The notes beneath the pieces are model-generated. The model saw nothing but the letters and a program-made list of their open reading frames with translations, ran no database searches and was not told the origin of the DNA. This document shows, piece by piece, positions 9,297 through 17,379 of a stretch of DNA of 64,000 bases. Source of the DNA: Betaproteobacteria bacterium (lineage in GTDB: Bacteria > Pseudomonadota > Gammaproteobacteria > Burkholderiales > SG8-39); NCBI GenBank assembly GCA_004298385.1, contig SCTX01000040.1:32571-96570 (forward strand). The letters are read 5' to 3'. Made by a program: the position numbers and the translations under genes. The stretch's first letter is position 1. Each line of letters starts with the position of its first letter.

Positions 9297-9364
9297 TGGA
9301 GGATGGCCCCGCCCACCTTTCCGCTCGATTGCGGCGGGACGGGATGAAACAAGCGCGCCGACGC

Positions 9365-10498
9365 TCAGGCGGCCAGTTCCGCAAGCCATTCTGCCGCGCG
9401 GACGATGGAAACTTCGCCGCGCTTTTCCTCCTGCCTGAGTTCGCGCACCACCTGGAACGCCTGGGCCTTCGGAAAACGCGCCGCCAAGCCTGCCATGAAC
9501 CGCGAGACCGCAGTGTCCGAATGACTGCACTCGGCCAGAAGGACGGGCACGTTGTTGCGGCAAAGGACCAGGTCCACCTCATTGCCTTCCTTGTCGCGAA
9601 TGTATTGCAGCGTGACGGCGCGACCTTCGACATCCTGCAGGTAATGAGCGTGCTTCAGCAGCATCGCCGCGCACGCGTTTTCGAAGCGCGCGCCTTCGTC
9701 GCCCGCCACCAGGGCGGTATCGAAAAAGTACACCTTGGGCGCCTTGAGCACCGCGCGCGCAAGATTGCGATGGTACGGGCGCACGGTGAAGACGACATAG
9801 AGCGCCTCCAGGATATCGAGGTACTTGGCGAGGGTCGTGGGCGACAGCTGCAGGTCGCGCGCAATCGAGGCCAGCGACAGCGGCGAGCCGACCCGCTCGC
9901 GCAGCATCTCGACGAACAGGCGCATGGCCCGGACCTCGTGGATTCGGGAGAACTCGACCACGTCCTCCCGAATCAAATCCTCCAGGTATTGCCGGCGCCA
10001 ACGATCCGCATCCGCCGCATCCTGCGCGAGAAAGGGCTCGGGAAAACCACCACGCTCGAGCAACCGGTCCAGCGCGTCCTCGGGCTTCGCCGCCGAAGCC
10101 GTGCACCATTCCCGCACGGAAACCGGATGCAGGCGCAAGCTGAAATAGCGGCCGGCGAGCGATTCGCCGCTCTGGCGAAAGGTATCCATGCGCGCACTGC
10201 CGGTAACGAGTATGGCCTGCCCCTCGGCCCGGCCGTCCCAGACGCCCTTGATGGCGGCCTTCCAGCCGCGCATCTTGTGCACTTCGTCCAGAACGACCAG
10301 CTTCGCGCGCGGACTCCAAGTCTGGCCTAGAATAATGCGGCTGTCGGCGGGGACATCCCAATTGAGGTATTGTGCCCGCGGGTAATGCGCCATCAGCGCC
10401 TTGGCAAGCGTTGTCTTCCCCACTTGGCGCGGGCCGACCAGGAAAACCAGCTTCTTGGCGAGATCCGCCCTTGCGGTCTTGACGAGGTAGCGCTCCAT
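9365..10498 (-). CDS. AAA_14 ATPase with DUF4143-type C-terminal domain (copy 1)
   Basis: Walker A 'GPRQVGKTT', Walker B 'LVVLDEVH'; C-terminus 'NEVDLVL..LLAECSHSD' (nuclease-like D..E.K with Lys replaced). Confidence 0.8.
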   Translation of the reverse strand: MERYLVKTARADLAKKLVFLVGPRQVGKTTLAKALMAHYPRAQYLNWDVPADSRIILGQTWSPRAKLVVLDEVHKMRGWKAAIKGVWDGRAEGQAILVTGSARMDTFRQSGESLAGRYFSLRLHPVSVREWCTASAAKPEDALDRLLERGGFPEPFLAQDAADADRWRRQYLEDLIREDVVEFSRIHEVRAMRLFVEMLRERVGSPLSLASIARDLQLSPTTLAKYLDILEALYVVFTVRPYHRNLARAVLKAPKVYFFDTALVAGDEGARFENACAAMLLKHAHYLQDVEGRAVTLQYIRDKEGNEVDLVLCRNNVPVLLAECSHSDTAVSRFMAGLAARFPKAQAFQVVRELRQEEKRGEVSIVRAAEWLAELAA

Positions 10499-10722
10499 AT
10501 GGCTATTATGGAGCGTATTGGAAAATAGTCAAGACTCGCTTCCAATTTGCGGTGAACTCAATCCCTTCAGCCTTCATGATCAGGCGCCCCTCCCGTGCCC
10601 TTGCGCAGGAACAGGAAATCCGCCTGTACTGCCTGGCCGCGGCGGTCGTAGGACGCGTTGTAAAACCCCTTGAGCAGTCAGTGCAGCGAGCGACCACACG
10701 ATGAACGCCGAGTCCACGCGGA

Positions 10723-11874
10723 TTATTGGAGGGTGGCCAAAAACTTTCCTGGGTCCTCGGACAGGAGAGGAAAATTATCCGGGGTCAGGATAACCGGGCT
10801 TGCCTCGGGAAAGTGCTTCAAGAACGCCCCAATCCCTTTGGCGGATTTTTTTCTGCCGGATTTGACTTCGAGCGCGTAGAGCCGCCCCTGATAACGGTAC
10901 ACGAAATCGACCTCGGCGTTCTTCTCGCGCCAGTAAAAAAGTTCTCCCGGCAGTTGCAGCAACTGGGCTCCCACCGCCAGCTCAAACACGCGTCCCCGCT
11001 GCTCCGGGTCGGCCAGCGCTTTTGGCCCGGCGGTCATGGTGCATAGGGCAGGACAGGCGGTGAGGATTTTGGGGCTGGAGGTGCGTGTCAGCCGGCCCTT
11101 TGCGGAATATTTTTCCAGTGAATAAATCAGAAACGCGCCACCATAGAGCTCGAGGTAATACTTGATCAAATCGGTATTGCCCTTGTCCTGCAACTGGCCA
11201 AGCAGCTTGGTGTAGCTTATTTCCTGGGCCGGATAACGGCAGAGGATTTCAAAAGCCTGCCGGAACAGGGCCGGATTGGCCACCTTGCGGTTCAGGAGGA
11301 TATCCTTGCCGATGACCGCCTCCACGATCGCATCTTTCAAATAGGCGTACCAGCGGTCATATTCGTCCTCATACGCCACCGAACCCGGATAGCCCCCATA
11401 CAAAAGATAGCGCTCGAGATCATAGCCAAACGCTGCTTTCAGCTCGGCAAAAGTCCAATGGTAAATCCGGGTCAACTCGAAACGACCGGCGAGGCTCTCG
11501 GTCAGTCCGGTCTGGATCTGCAGTGAACTGGAACCGAGCACCACCACCCGCAATCGGCGCGGATGCATGTCCCACATAGACTTGAGGGCCTCGGACCAGT
11601 TGGGAATCTTCTGCACCTCATCGATGACCAACAGCGCACCATCCCCCAGCAACACAGCCTTCTGCCATTGCTCCAGCAGCCAAGCGCGGTCGGTCACCAG
11701 CAAGTCATCGGCATTGGCATAGTGGTAATTGCCTGAAGTGCGGGCGAGAAGCTGGCGCATGCCGGTGGTCTTGCCCACCTGACGGGGGCCAACCAAGACC
11801 TGGATCAGCGGTGGTTCGCCACGAAGACGCGCTTCAAGCTGCGCCACAAAGGCGCGTTCGTAGGGGAATGACAT
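10723..11874 (-). CDS. AAA_14 ATPase with DUF4143-type C-terminal domain (copy 2)
   Basis: 'GPRQVGKTT', 'LLVIDEVQ'; C-terminus 'AEVDFVYRYQGRLYALEVKSG' (canonical PD-(D/E)xK-like). AT-rich promoter region with palindrome tctagta-ataa-tactaga at 11906-11923. Confidence 0.8.
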   Translation of the reverse strand: MSFPYERAFVAQLEARLRGEPPLIQVLVGPRQVGKTTGMRQLLARTSGNYHYANADDLLVTDRAWLLEQWQKAVLLGDGALLVIDEVQKIPNWSEALKSMWDMHPRRLRVVVLGSSSLQIQTGLTESLAGRFELTRIYHWTFAELKAAFGYDLERYLLYGGYPGSVAYEDEYDRWYAYLKDAIVEAVIGKDILLNRKVANPALFRQAFEILCRYPAQEISYTKLLGQLQDKGNTDLIKYYLELYGGAFLIYSLEKYSAKGRLTRTSSPKILTACPALCTMTAGPKALADPEQRGRVFELAVGAQLLQLPGELFYWREKNAEVDFVYRYQGRLYALEVKSGRKKSAKGIGAFLKHFPEASPVILTPDNFPLLSEDPGKFLATLQ

Positions 11875-12099
11875 GGAACGAGTATAATTTTATTTAAAAT
11901 GCTTGTCTAGTAATAATACTAGATGCAATTAGTAAAAATATCATTGGCGCCCGCCCCCCGCGGCTCGGCGAGCAAACGCGCCGCCTGCGGCAGACGCTCC
12001 AGCACCTGATTCTTGCCCAGGTTGCTCAAGTAGAACGCCACACCGCGCGGCGGGCGCGGGCCGGCCACGCTCACGCCGGCACTAGCGGGTTTATTGAGG

Positions 12100-12315
12100 T
12101 CAGGACTTACTGTGCAGCCCAAGAGCCGTTGCTTCAGCTTCAATCGCTGCGACCGCGCGAAAAAGCATTTCCGCAGACTCACGAGCTGACAACAGGGCTT
12201 GCAAAAACAGCAGGGTATCTGCCATGTACTCATGAACCAGCAGGTTTCTCAGCTTTCGGGCACCGATGAAGACTTCGGCGCTTTCGGCGTGCTCCGGCAG
12301 GTAACGCAGGCTCAT
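12100..12315 (-). CDS. HepT-like HEPN (DUF86) toxin, unusually short (71 aa)
   Basis: R-x4-H motif 'RNLLVHEY'; its ATG overlaps the stop of the upstream nucleotidyltransferase (ATGA). Confidence 0.6.
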   Translation of the reverse strand: MSLRYLPEHAESAEVFIGARKLRNLLVHEYMADTLLFLQALLSARESAEMLFRAVAAIEAEATALGLHSKS

Positions 12316-12533
12316 AGCCGAATCCCTGTACGTTTGGCAATTTCGAAAACGGGAGCAGGCGGGGTACCGGCGTCCATGAGAAGAACATCGATCTTGCGCT
12401 CTCCCAGCGCCAGGGTCAGTGCACCGTGCAACTGGCAAAGCACTTGGGCACGGTTCTCGAGCACGGCATCCGTTTCGAAAAGCAAGTCGATATCGCCGCC
12501 CTTGCGGTTATCCAGCGCCCTCGAGCCGAACAC
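12312..12533 (-). CDS. MntA-like minimal nucleotidyltransferase antitoxin, N-terminally short (73 aa)
   Basis: 'FGSRALDNRKGGDIDLL' (GS-x9-DxD). GTG start; the in-frame upstream sequence runs into repeat copy B. Confidence 0.6.
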   Translation of the reverse strand: MFGSRALDNRKGGDIDLLFETDAVLENRAQVLCQLHGALTLALGERKIDVLLMDAGTPPAPVFEIAKRTGIRL

Positions 12534-12556
12534 GCTGACCCGTGCGCCTGCACCCA

Positions 12557-12621
12557 GCGGCGAACGGGCCTTGAGCCTTACGCAGCGCGACGCATGAGCG
12601 AGGCATCCATGCGCACCACAA
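12557..12621. repeat. Direct repeat copy B (~65 bp)
   Basis: Matches 9228-9296; here it encodes the authentic C-terminus ('VVVRMDASLMRRAA*') of the 12578..12949 gene plus about 20 bp downstream. Confidence 0.7.
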
Positions 12622-12949
12622 CATCATCCCACGGCACAAGAACATGATCGCCGGCGTCCTTCTCGATCAAGCCATGCTCAATCAGTCGCCGCACGTCGGC
12701 GTGAACGTTGCTGTAGTTCCTGCCCATCATCTTCGCCAGCGCTCGAATGGAGAGCGGACCGGCTTTTTTCAGTACCTGTAACAGCTCCATGCGCTTCGGC
12801 GACAGTTCCGCCACCAGTTGTGCGGGCGTGGAGAACGAAAGCTGGAAATCGCCCTCATGCATTTTCTCCCCGGCATCCAGACGGCGAGCGAAATCCTTGC
12901 CTTCCTGGAAAAACCCGTCGAGGGACTGAACGCCAATAATCGCCTTCAT
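12578..12949 (-). CDS. Winged-helix (MarR/HVO_A0114-like) DNA-binding protein, putative antitoxin/regulator
   Basis: 123 aa; 'PKRMELLQVLKKAGPLSIRALAKMMGRNYSNVHADVRRLIEHGLI'. Confidence 0.6.
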   Translation of the reverse strand: MKAIIGVQSLDGFFQEGKDFARRLDAGEKMHEGDFQLSFSTPAQLVAELSPKRMELLQVLKKAGPLSIRALAKMMGRNYSNVHADVRRLIEHGLIEKDAGDHVLVPWDDVVVRMDASLMRRAA

Positions 12950-13058
12950 GACTCTACCTCCTGCAATATTCGCTGCACTTCAGCCTGAAAATCATCCATC
13001 AGCCGCTCCAGGGATACGAAGGCATAAGTTGATTCCTGGTCTCTGCAATGACGATGAT

Positions 13059-13115
13059 CTACCAATCCGGAATGTACTCATGCACCGGCAGGTTTCGCAG
13101 CTTCCTTGCGCAAAG
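13059..13115 (-). pseudogene. HEPN (HepT-like) gene relic
   Basis: Minus-strand reading 'ARKLRNLPVHEYIPDW*' parallels 'ARKLRNLLVHEYMAD' of 12100..12315; flanked by stops. Confidence 0.45.
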
Positions 13116-13225
13116 ACACGCCGAAGAGCGTCACGCGCGGGTCCGCGCGCCGCGCTTAAGGGCAGCAATCGACCCTCGCGGATTTCCCCGGTACGAATTT
13201 CGACAAAGGCTTCTCTGCACCTCTG

Positions 13226-13316
13226 TCAAAGACTGCCACGCAGCGGCGCATCATCGACAAGCCGGCGCAATCCTTCGGCCATCGCTTCGGGAGACTCCGA
13301 CAGAACCACCAGACCC
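13226..13316 (-). pseudogene. WcaI-like GT4 glycosyltransferase fragment (relic 1)
   Basis: Minus-strand reading 'GLVVLSESPEAMAEGLRRLVDDAPLRGSL*' versus 'GLVVPPESPELVAEGLRRLADDAPLRERL' at 14759..15199; abuts the wcaJ-like stop. Confidence 0.5.
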
Positions 13317-14729
13317 CTAATACGCCCCCGGCCCCGAAAATCCCCGCACCACCGTCAGCGCCACGATCTTCATATCCAGCGCGAGCGACCAATTGCGGAT
13401 GTAGTGCATGTCGTGCTCCACGCGCATTTGCATTTTTTCCACCGTGTCGGTCTCCCCGCGCCAGCCGTTCACCTGCGCCCAGCCGGTGATGCCCGGCTTC
13501 ACCTTGTGGCGCAGCATGTAACCGGGCACCAGCTTGCGGTACTGCTCGTTGTGCGCGACCGCGTGCGGCCGCGGACCGACCACCGACATATGCCCCTGCA
13601 ACACGTTGAAGAACTGCGGCAGCTCGTCCAGCGACGTTCTGCGCAAAAAGGCGCCGAAGCGCGTCACGCGCGGATCCCCGCGCCGCGCCTGCGGGATCTC
13701 GTCGCCATCCTCCTGCACGCCCATGCTGCGGAACTTCCACACCTCCACCACCTTGCCGCTCAAGCCGTAGCGGCGCTGGCGGAACAGCACCGGCCCGGGC
13801 GAGGAGAGCTTCACCCCAAGCGCGATCGCCAGCATCAGCGGCGCCGTCACCGTCAGCGCGGCCGCCGCGATCAGCAGATCCTCCATGCGCTTCAACGCCC
13901 CATCCACCCCGAGGAACGGCGTGTCGAACACCCTCACCAAGGGCATGCCGTCGATCTCCGTCCAGCGCGCCTGCAACATCTCGAATACAAAGAAATCCGG
14001 GACGAAGAACACCGAAGCCGTGGTATCGGAAAGATCGTGGATCAGCGCCTTGACCTGTTCCTCACCAGCCAGCGGCAGCGCGATATACACGTAGTCCACG
14101 CCACCCTCTCGGGCGAGCCGGACCAGCGCCTCGAGATCGCCCTGCACCGCGAGGTCCGGCCCATGCGGTAGATTCGTTCCAACTGGAACATCGTCGTCGA
14201 AATAACCGATCGGCCGCAGCCCGAGCGAACCGGTCGAGAGCACGCGCTCCGCCACCCGCTGCGCCAGCTCGCCCGCGCCGGCGATCGCGAGCGAGCGCGT
14301 GTTGCGCCCGCGCGCGCGGCTCGCCCGCAGCAACACCCGGATCACAAAACGCTCCACCGCCAGACCGGAAAACGCGAGCGTCCACCACAGCACCATCACC
14401 ACGCGCGAGTACTGGTCCGAGGTCTTGCTGACGAATGCGCCGGTGACCAGCAAGGCTCCAACTACCAGGCACGCCAGGGCGAGTTCGGACACTTCCTGCC
14501 GCAGGGTATACACCCGCCAGGACGCGTAGATTTGGGTAATCTCCCCCGCGACCTGCAAGCCCAGCACCGCGAGCAGACCCGCAAGCCAGTACGCGTCTTT
14601 CATTGCGCCGTCGTAGGCGGTCGCCGCGAATACGAGCGCAGACAGCACGATCACCGCATCGAGCAGGCGGTGAAACATCGCAAACTTCGGGTGATGCGGC
14701 CGAATCAGACCGCTGGATCTCGATGGCAT
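13317..14729 (-). CDS. Undecaprenyl-phosphate hexose-1-phosphate transferase (WcaJ/EPS sugar transferase family)
   Basis: ATG 14729 preceded by gagagga; N-terminal TM bundle; C-terminus 'VVGPRPH..KPGITGWAQVNGWRGETD..RVEHDMHYIRNWSLALD'. Confidence 0.85.
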   Translation of the reverse strand: MPSRSSGLIRPHHPKFAMFHRLLDAVIVLSALVFAATAYDGAMKDAYWLAGLLAVLGLQVAGEITQIYASWRVYTLRQEVSELALACLVVGALLVTGAFVSKTSDQYSRVVMVLWWTLAFSGLAVERFVIRVLLRASRARGRNTRSLAIAGAGELAQRVAERVLSTGSLGLRPIGYFDDDVPVGTNLPHGPDLAVQGDLEALVRLAREGGVDYVYIALPLAGEEQVKALIHDLSDTTASVFFVPDFFVFEMLQARWTEIDGMPLVRVFDTPFLGVDGALKRMEDLLIAAAALTVTAPLMLAIALGVKLSSPGPVLFRQRRYGLSGKVVEVWKFRSMGVQEDGDEIPQARRGDPRVTRFGAFLRRTSLDELPQFFNVLQGHMSVVGPRPHAVAHNEQYRKLVPGYMLRHKVKPGITGWAQVNGWRGETDTVEKMQMRVEHDMHYIRNWSLALDMKIVALTVVRGFSGPGAY

Positions 14730-14758
14730 GCCGTTCCTCTCAATCAAGGAAGTGGATT

Positions 14759-15300
14759 CTACCTTTGATCCAGCTTAGAGGGAGCCTCTCCCATCTCGCA
14801 TGCAAGGCACAATCTCTCCAAGAACCGCGCCAGTACTTGCTCCTGGCCCAGATGCTCCTCCGCATAAACCCGCCCCGCCGTACCCAAGCGCTCGCGCAGT
14901 GGCGCATCATCCGCCAGCCGGCGCAATCCTTCGGCCACCAATTCGGGGGACTCCGGCGGGACCACCAGGCCGCAGCCTTCCAATACATACGCAAGCTGGG
15001 TTTCCGGATTCGCCGTGGCGAGAATGGCCCGTCCGCTAGCGAGCATGCCAGTCAGTTTGCTCGGCATCACCAAATCGGCGGCGCCAGCGCGCCGCGGCAG
15101 CAGATGAATATCCGCCAGACCCAGCAAATCGTTCAAACGATCGACGAGCTGCAAATCCAGAAACCGCATATTGGGCAAACCGGCACAGCTTTGCGCCAAG
15201 TCGGACTTGCCCTTGCCCTATACAATGGGATGACCGCGGTAATAGCTAGCCAGTTCGATCTACCCAGTTCGGGAACAGCACCGCCGTGCTAGCGGCCACG
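14759..15300 (-). pseudogene. WcaI-like GT4 glycosyltransferase, degraded (relic 2)
   Basis: ORF 14759..15199 holds only the C-terminal half ('ADIHLLPRRAGAADLVMPSKLTGMLASGRAILATA'). Upstream pieces 'VLFPNWVD' and 'YYRGHPIV*GKGKSDL' are interrupted by stops or deletion. Confidence 0.6.
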
Positions 15301-15347
15301 CTTTTTCCTCCCACCAGCGTCCCAGATACCCGTCATACCTTGCCGGC

Positions 15348-16319
15348 TTACGTGCGCCGCTGCGCGCGTATCTGCCCTTCAATCCACGTATAGGTTTTTG
15401 CCAAGCCATCCACCAATGGTTGCGATGGCGCCCAGCCGAGCTGTTGCCGGTACAATCGATTGTCAGAGTTGCGCCCGCGCACTCCCAAAGGGCCTGGGAT
15501 ATGTCTGATTGACAGCTTCTTGCCAGCGATTTTCATTGCCATTTCGGCAAGCTGGTTGATCGTGACCATTTCTTCTGATCCGATATTGACCGGCCCAGTC
15601 CAGTCAGAGTCTGTCAAAAGACGCACAGCCTCGAGACATTCCTCGATATAGAGAAACGAGCGGGTCTGTTGACCATCACCCCACATTTCGAGTTCTCCGC
15701 CTTCCGCGGTTTCGGCTACTTTTCGGCACATCGCTGCAGGCGCTTTTTCTTTGCCTCCCGTCCACGTGCCCTCTGGCCCGAAGATATTGTGGAATCTGGC
15801 AACGCGCACCTGCATGCCGTAGTTTCTGCCAAACGCCAAATATAGCCGTTCACTAAACAGTTTTTCCCAACCATACTCGCTATCAGGGCTCGCGGGATAA
15901 GCGGAATCCTCTGCACAATTCGGGTTCAACGGATCAAGCTGGTTGTGCTCGGGATACATGCACGCAGAAGAAGAATAGAAAATGCGACTGATGTTGCGTC
16001 GGTGGCAAGATTCAAGAACGTTCAGGTTTATGAGCGCCGAGTTGTGCATGATGTCGGCATCATTCAGGCCGGTAAAAACATAGCCCGCGCCCCCCATGTC
16101 TGCGGCAAGCTGATACACCTGGTCAAAAGGTTGGTCAAAGACCTCGCGGCAAATTATCGGGTCACGCAAGTCACCCTTTACGAAGTCGTTGGCCGTCGTA
16201 GGCGAAAACTCGGGAAATTTCAGATCAGCCCCGCGCACCCAGTAGCCCTCCCGTTGAAGCCGCTTGACCAGGTGGCTACCTATAAATCCGCCAGCACCGC
16301 AAACCACGGCCTTCTTCAT
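15348..16319 (-). CDS. GDP-mannose 3,5-epimerase-like NAD-dependent epimerase
   Basis: 'GAGGFIGSH', 'LAADMGGAGY', 'SSACMYPE', 'YGWEKL', 'RFHNIFGPEGTWTGGKEKAPAAMCRK' closely parallel plant/bacterial GME. Confidence 0.8.
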   Translation of the reverse strand: MKKAVVCGAGGFIGSHLVKRLQREGYWVRGADLKFPEFSPTTANDFVKGDLRDPIICREVFDQPFDQVYQLAADMGGAGYVFTGLNDADIMHNSALINLNVLESCHRRNISRIFYSSSACMYPEHNQLDPLNPNCAEDSAYPASPDSEYGWEKLFSERLYLAFGRNYGMQVRVARFHNIFGPEGTWTGGKEKAPAAMCRKVAETAEGGELEMWGDGQQTRSFLYIEECLEAVRLLTDSDWTGPVNIGSEEMVTINQLAEMAMKIAGKKLSIRHIPGPLGVRGRNSDNRLYRQQLGWAPSQPLVDGLAKTYTWIEGQIRAQRRT

Positions 16320-17071
16320 AAACGATTCTCCTTAAGCGTTTCATTCATAATCATCGGTATAAGTTTGAACCCGCGAAGATAACGCGGTACAAAGCGCCTG
16401 TAGTCCGTCAGACAGCGCACCAGCCACCCCAGATACAGTCGATCCATTATCGGCGATATGGCGGCCTGTCTTCCTGTAAGAAACGCGATCGCGGCGCCAG
16501 TACAGATTATCGAGGGCGCATAAGAATCCAACTGCTTGCTCAGATAGATGGCCAACCTTTCCTGGACCCCTCCCCCCAGGTTGAGAATAATGTATCGCGG
16601 GCGCAGTTCCCTTAGCACTCGCAGCAGACGCGGGTCGCTGATTTCGCCGGCAGAATACATCGGCGCCAAATACTGGTGTGTCGTCTCTAGCGTATAACCC
16701 CATTTGGTGATGAGCGTGCGGTTAGCGTCGCTGTCGTCTGGTGTAGGGTCGATAAGAAAGACGGTGCCCGACTGAAGCTGGACAATATCACGCAAAAAAA
16801 GACGGAGGAAATCCAGTCCTGAAATTCTCCTGACAGAAACCCCCTTGAAAACGAGCAACAACAGACATAAGAGCCCGCTGTCAAAAATGGCAAAGCGACT
16901 CTCTTTCAGCGACGCATGGTAATGCTCGTCCTCACAAATAGTCGCAAGCGCCGGAGCCGCAGGGACGACCATCACGCCACCGCGATCAAGCTCTTGACGA
17001 ATCTCCTGGAAAGTACCGTCGAGAAAGCGAATACCAAATATGTAGATTTCACGCATCCTGTCTTTTGCCAT
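16316..17071 (-). CDS. WecB/TagA/CpsF-family (GT26) glycosyltransferase
   Basis: 251 aa; 'YIILNLGGGVQERLAIYL..IICTGAAIAFLTG'; 4-nt overlap with the downstream epimerase. Confidence 0.75.
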   Translation of the reverse strand: MAKDRMREIYIFGIRFLDGTFQEIRQELDRGGVMVVPAAPALATICEDEHYHASLKESRFAIFDSGLLCLLLLVFKGVSVRRISGLDFLRLFLRDIVQLQSGTVFLIDPTPDDSDANRTLITKWGYTLETTHQYLAPMYSAGEISDPRLLRVLRELRPRYIILNLGGGVQERLAIYLSKQLDSYAPSIICTGAAIAFLTGRQAAISPIMDRLYLGWLVRCLTDYRRFVPRYLRGFKLIPMIMNETLKENRL

Positions 17072-17117
17072 TGTCAGTCGTGGTCGTCAAGACCCATACA
17101 TGCATATTTTACCGGTA

Positions 17118-17309
17118 CTATCGACTATAGACCGAACTAGCCATCATTTCGCGTGCCGCTGACGGCAAGACTAGACCGAAATCTTCTAACAAGTACGAAA
17201 GCTGGGGTCCCGCACTTGCCGTTGCGACAACCGCCCGTCCACTGGCCAGCATGTCCATCACATTGTTCGGCGTCGCCAAATCGGCGGCGCGCAAAAGAAC
17301 GACGGACAT
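17118..17309 (-). pseudogene. WcaI-like GT4 glycosyltransferase fragment (relic 3)
   Basis: 'AADLATPNNVMDMLASGRAVVATASAGPQLSYLLEDFGLVLP' parallels 'AADLVMPSKLTGMLASGRAILATANPETQLAYVLEGCGLVVP'. Confidence 0.5.
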
Positions 17310-17379
17310 GACGGTACCGCTTACGATAGCTCGGGTACAATTTGTCGGTTGAAGCTAATGCGTTCTCCTCCGGCTAATA

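Noticed and set aside
11919-12233. 104-aa minus-strand ORF between ATPase 2 and HepT
   Set aside because: It overlaps the HepT-like gene in another frame. Only a short stretch ('GVAFYLSNLGKNQVLERL') looks protein-like and no family was recognised. It may be another relic, but the evidence is insufficient.
6100-13316. Chromosomal integron / gene-cassette array (also considered for 41.7-48.5 kb)
   Set aside because: There is no intI-type integrase in the window (only xerD at the far end). Cassette orientation is mixed. The repeats found lack the RYYYAAC...GTTRRRY attC boundary pattern.
12948-14171. 407-aa plus-strand ORF
   Set aside because: It is antisense to the well-supported WcaJ-like gene and rich in Arg/His/Pro. 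This is a typical high-GC shadow ORF. The same applies to 9329..10330, 5106..6224, 54247..55140, 56076..57697 and 61484..62473.
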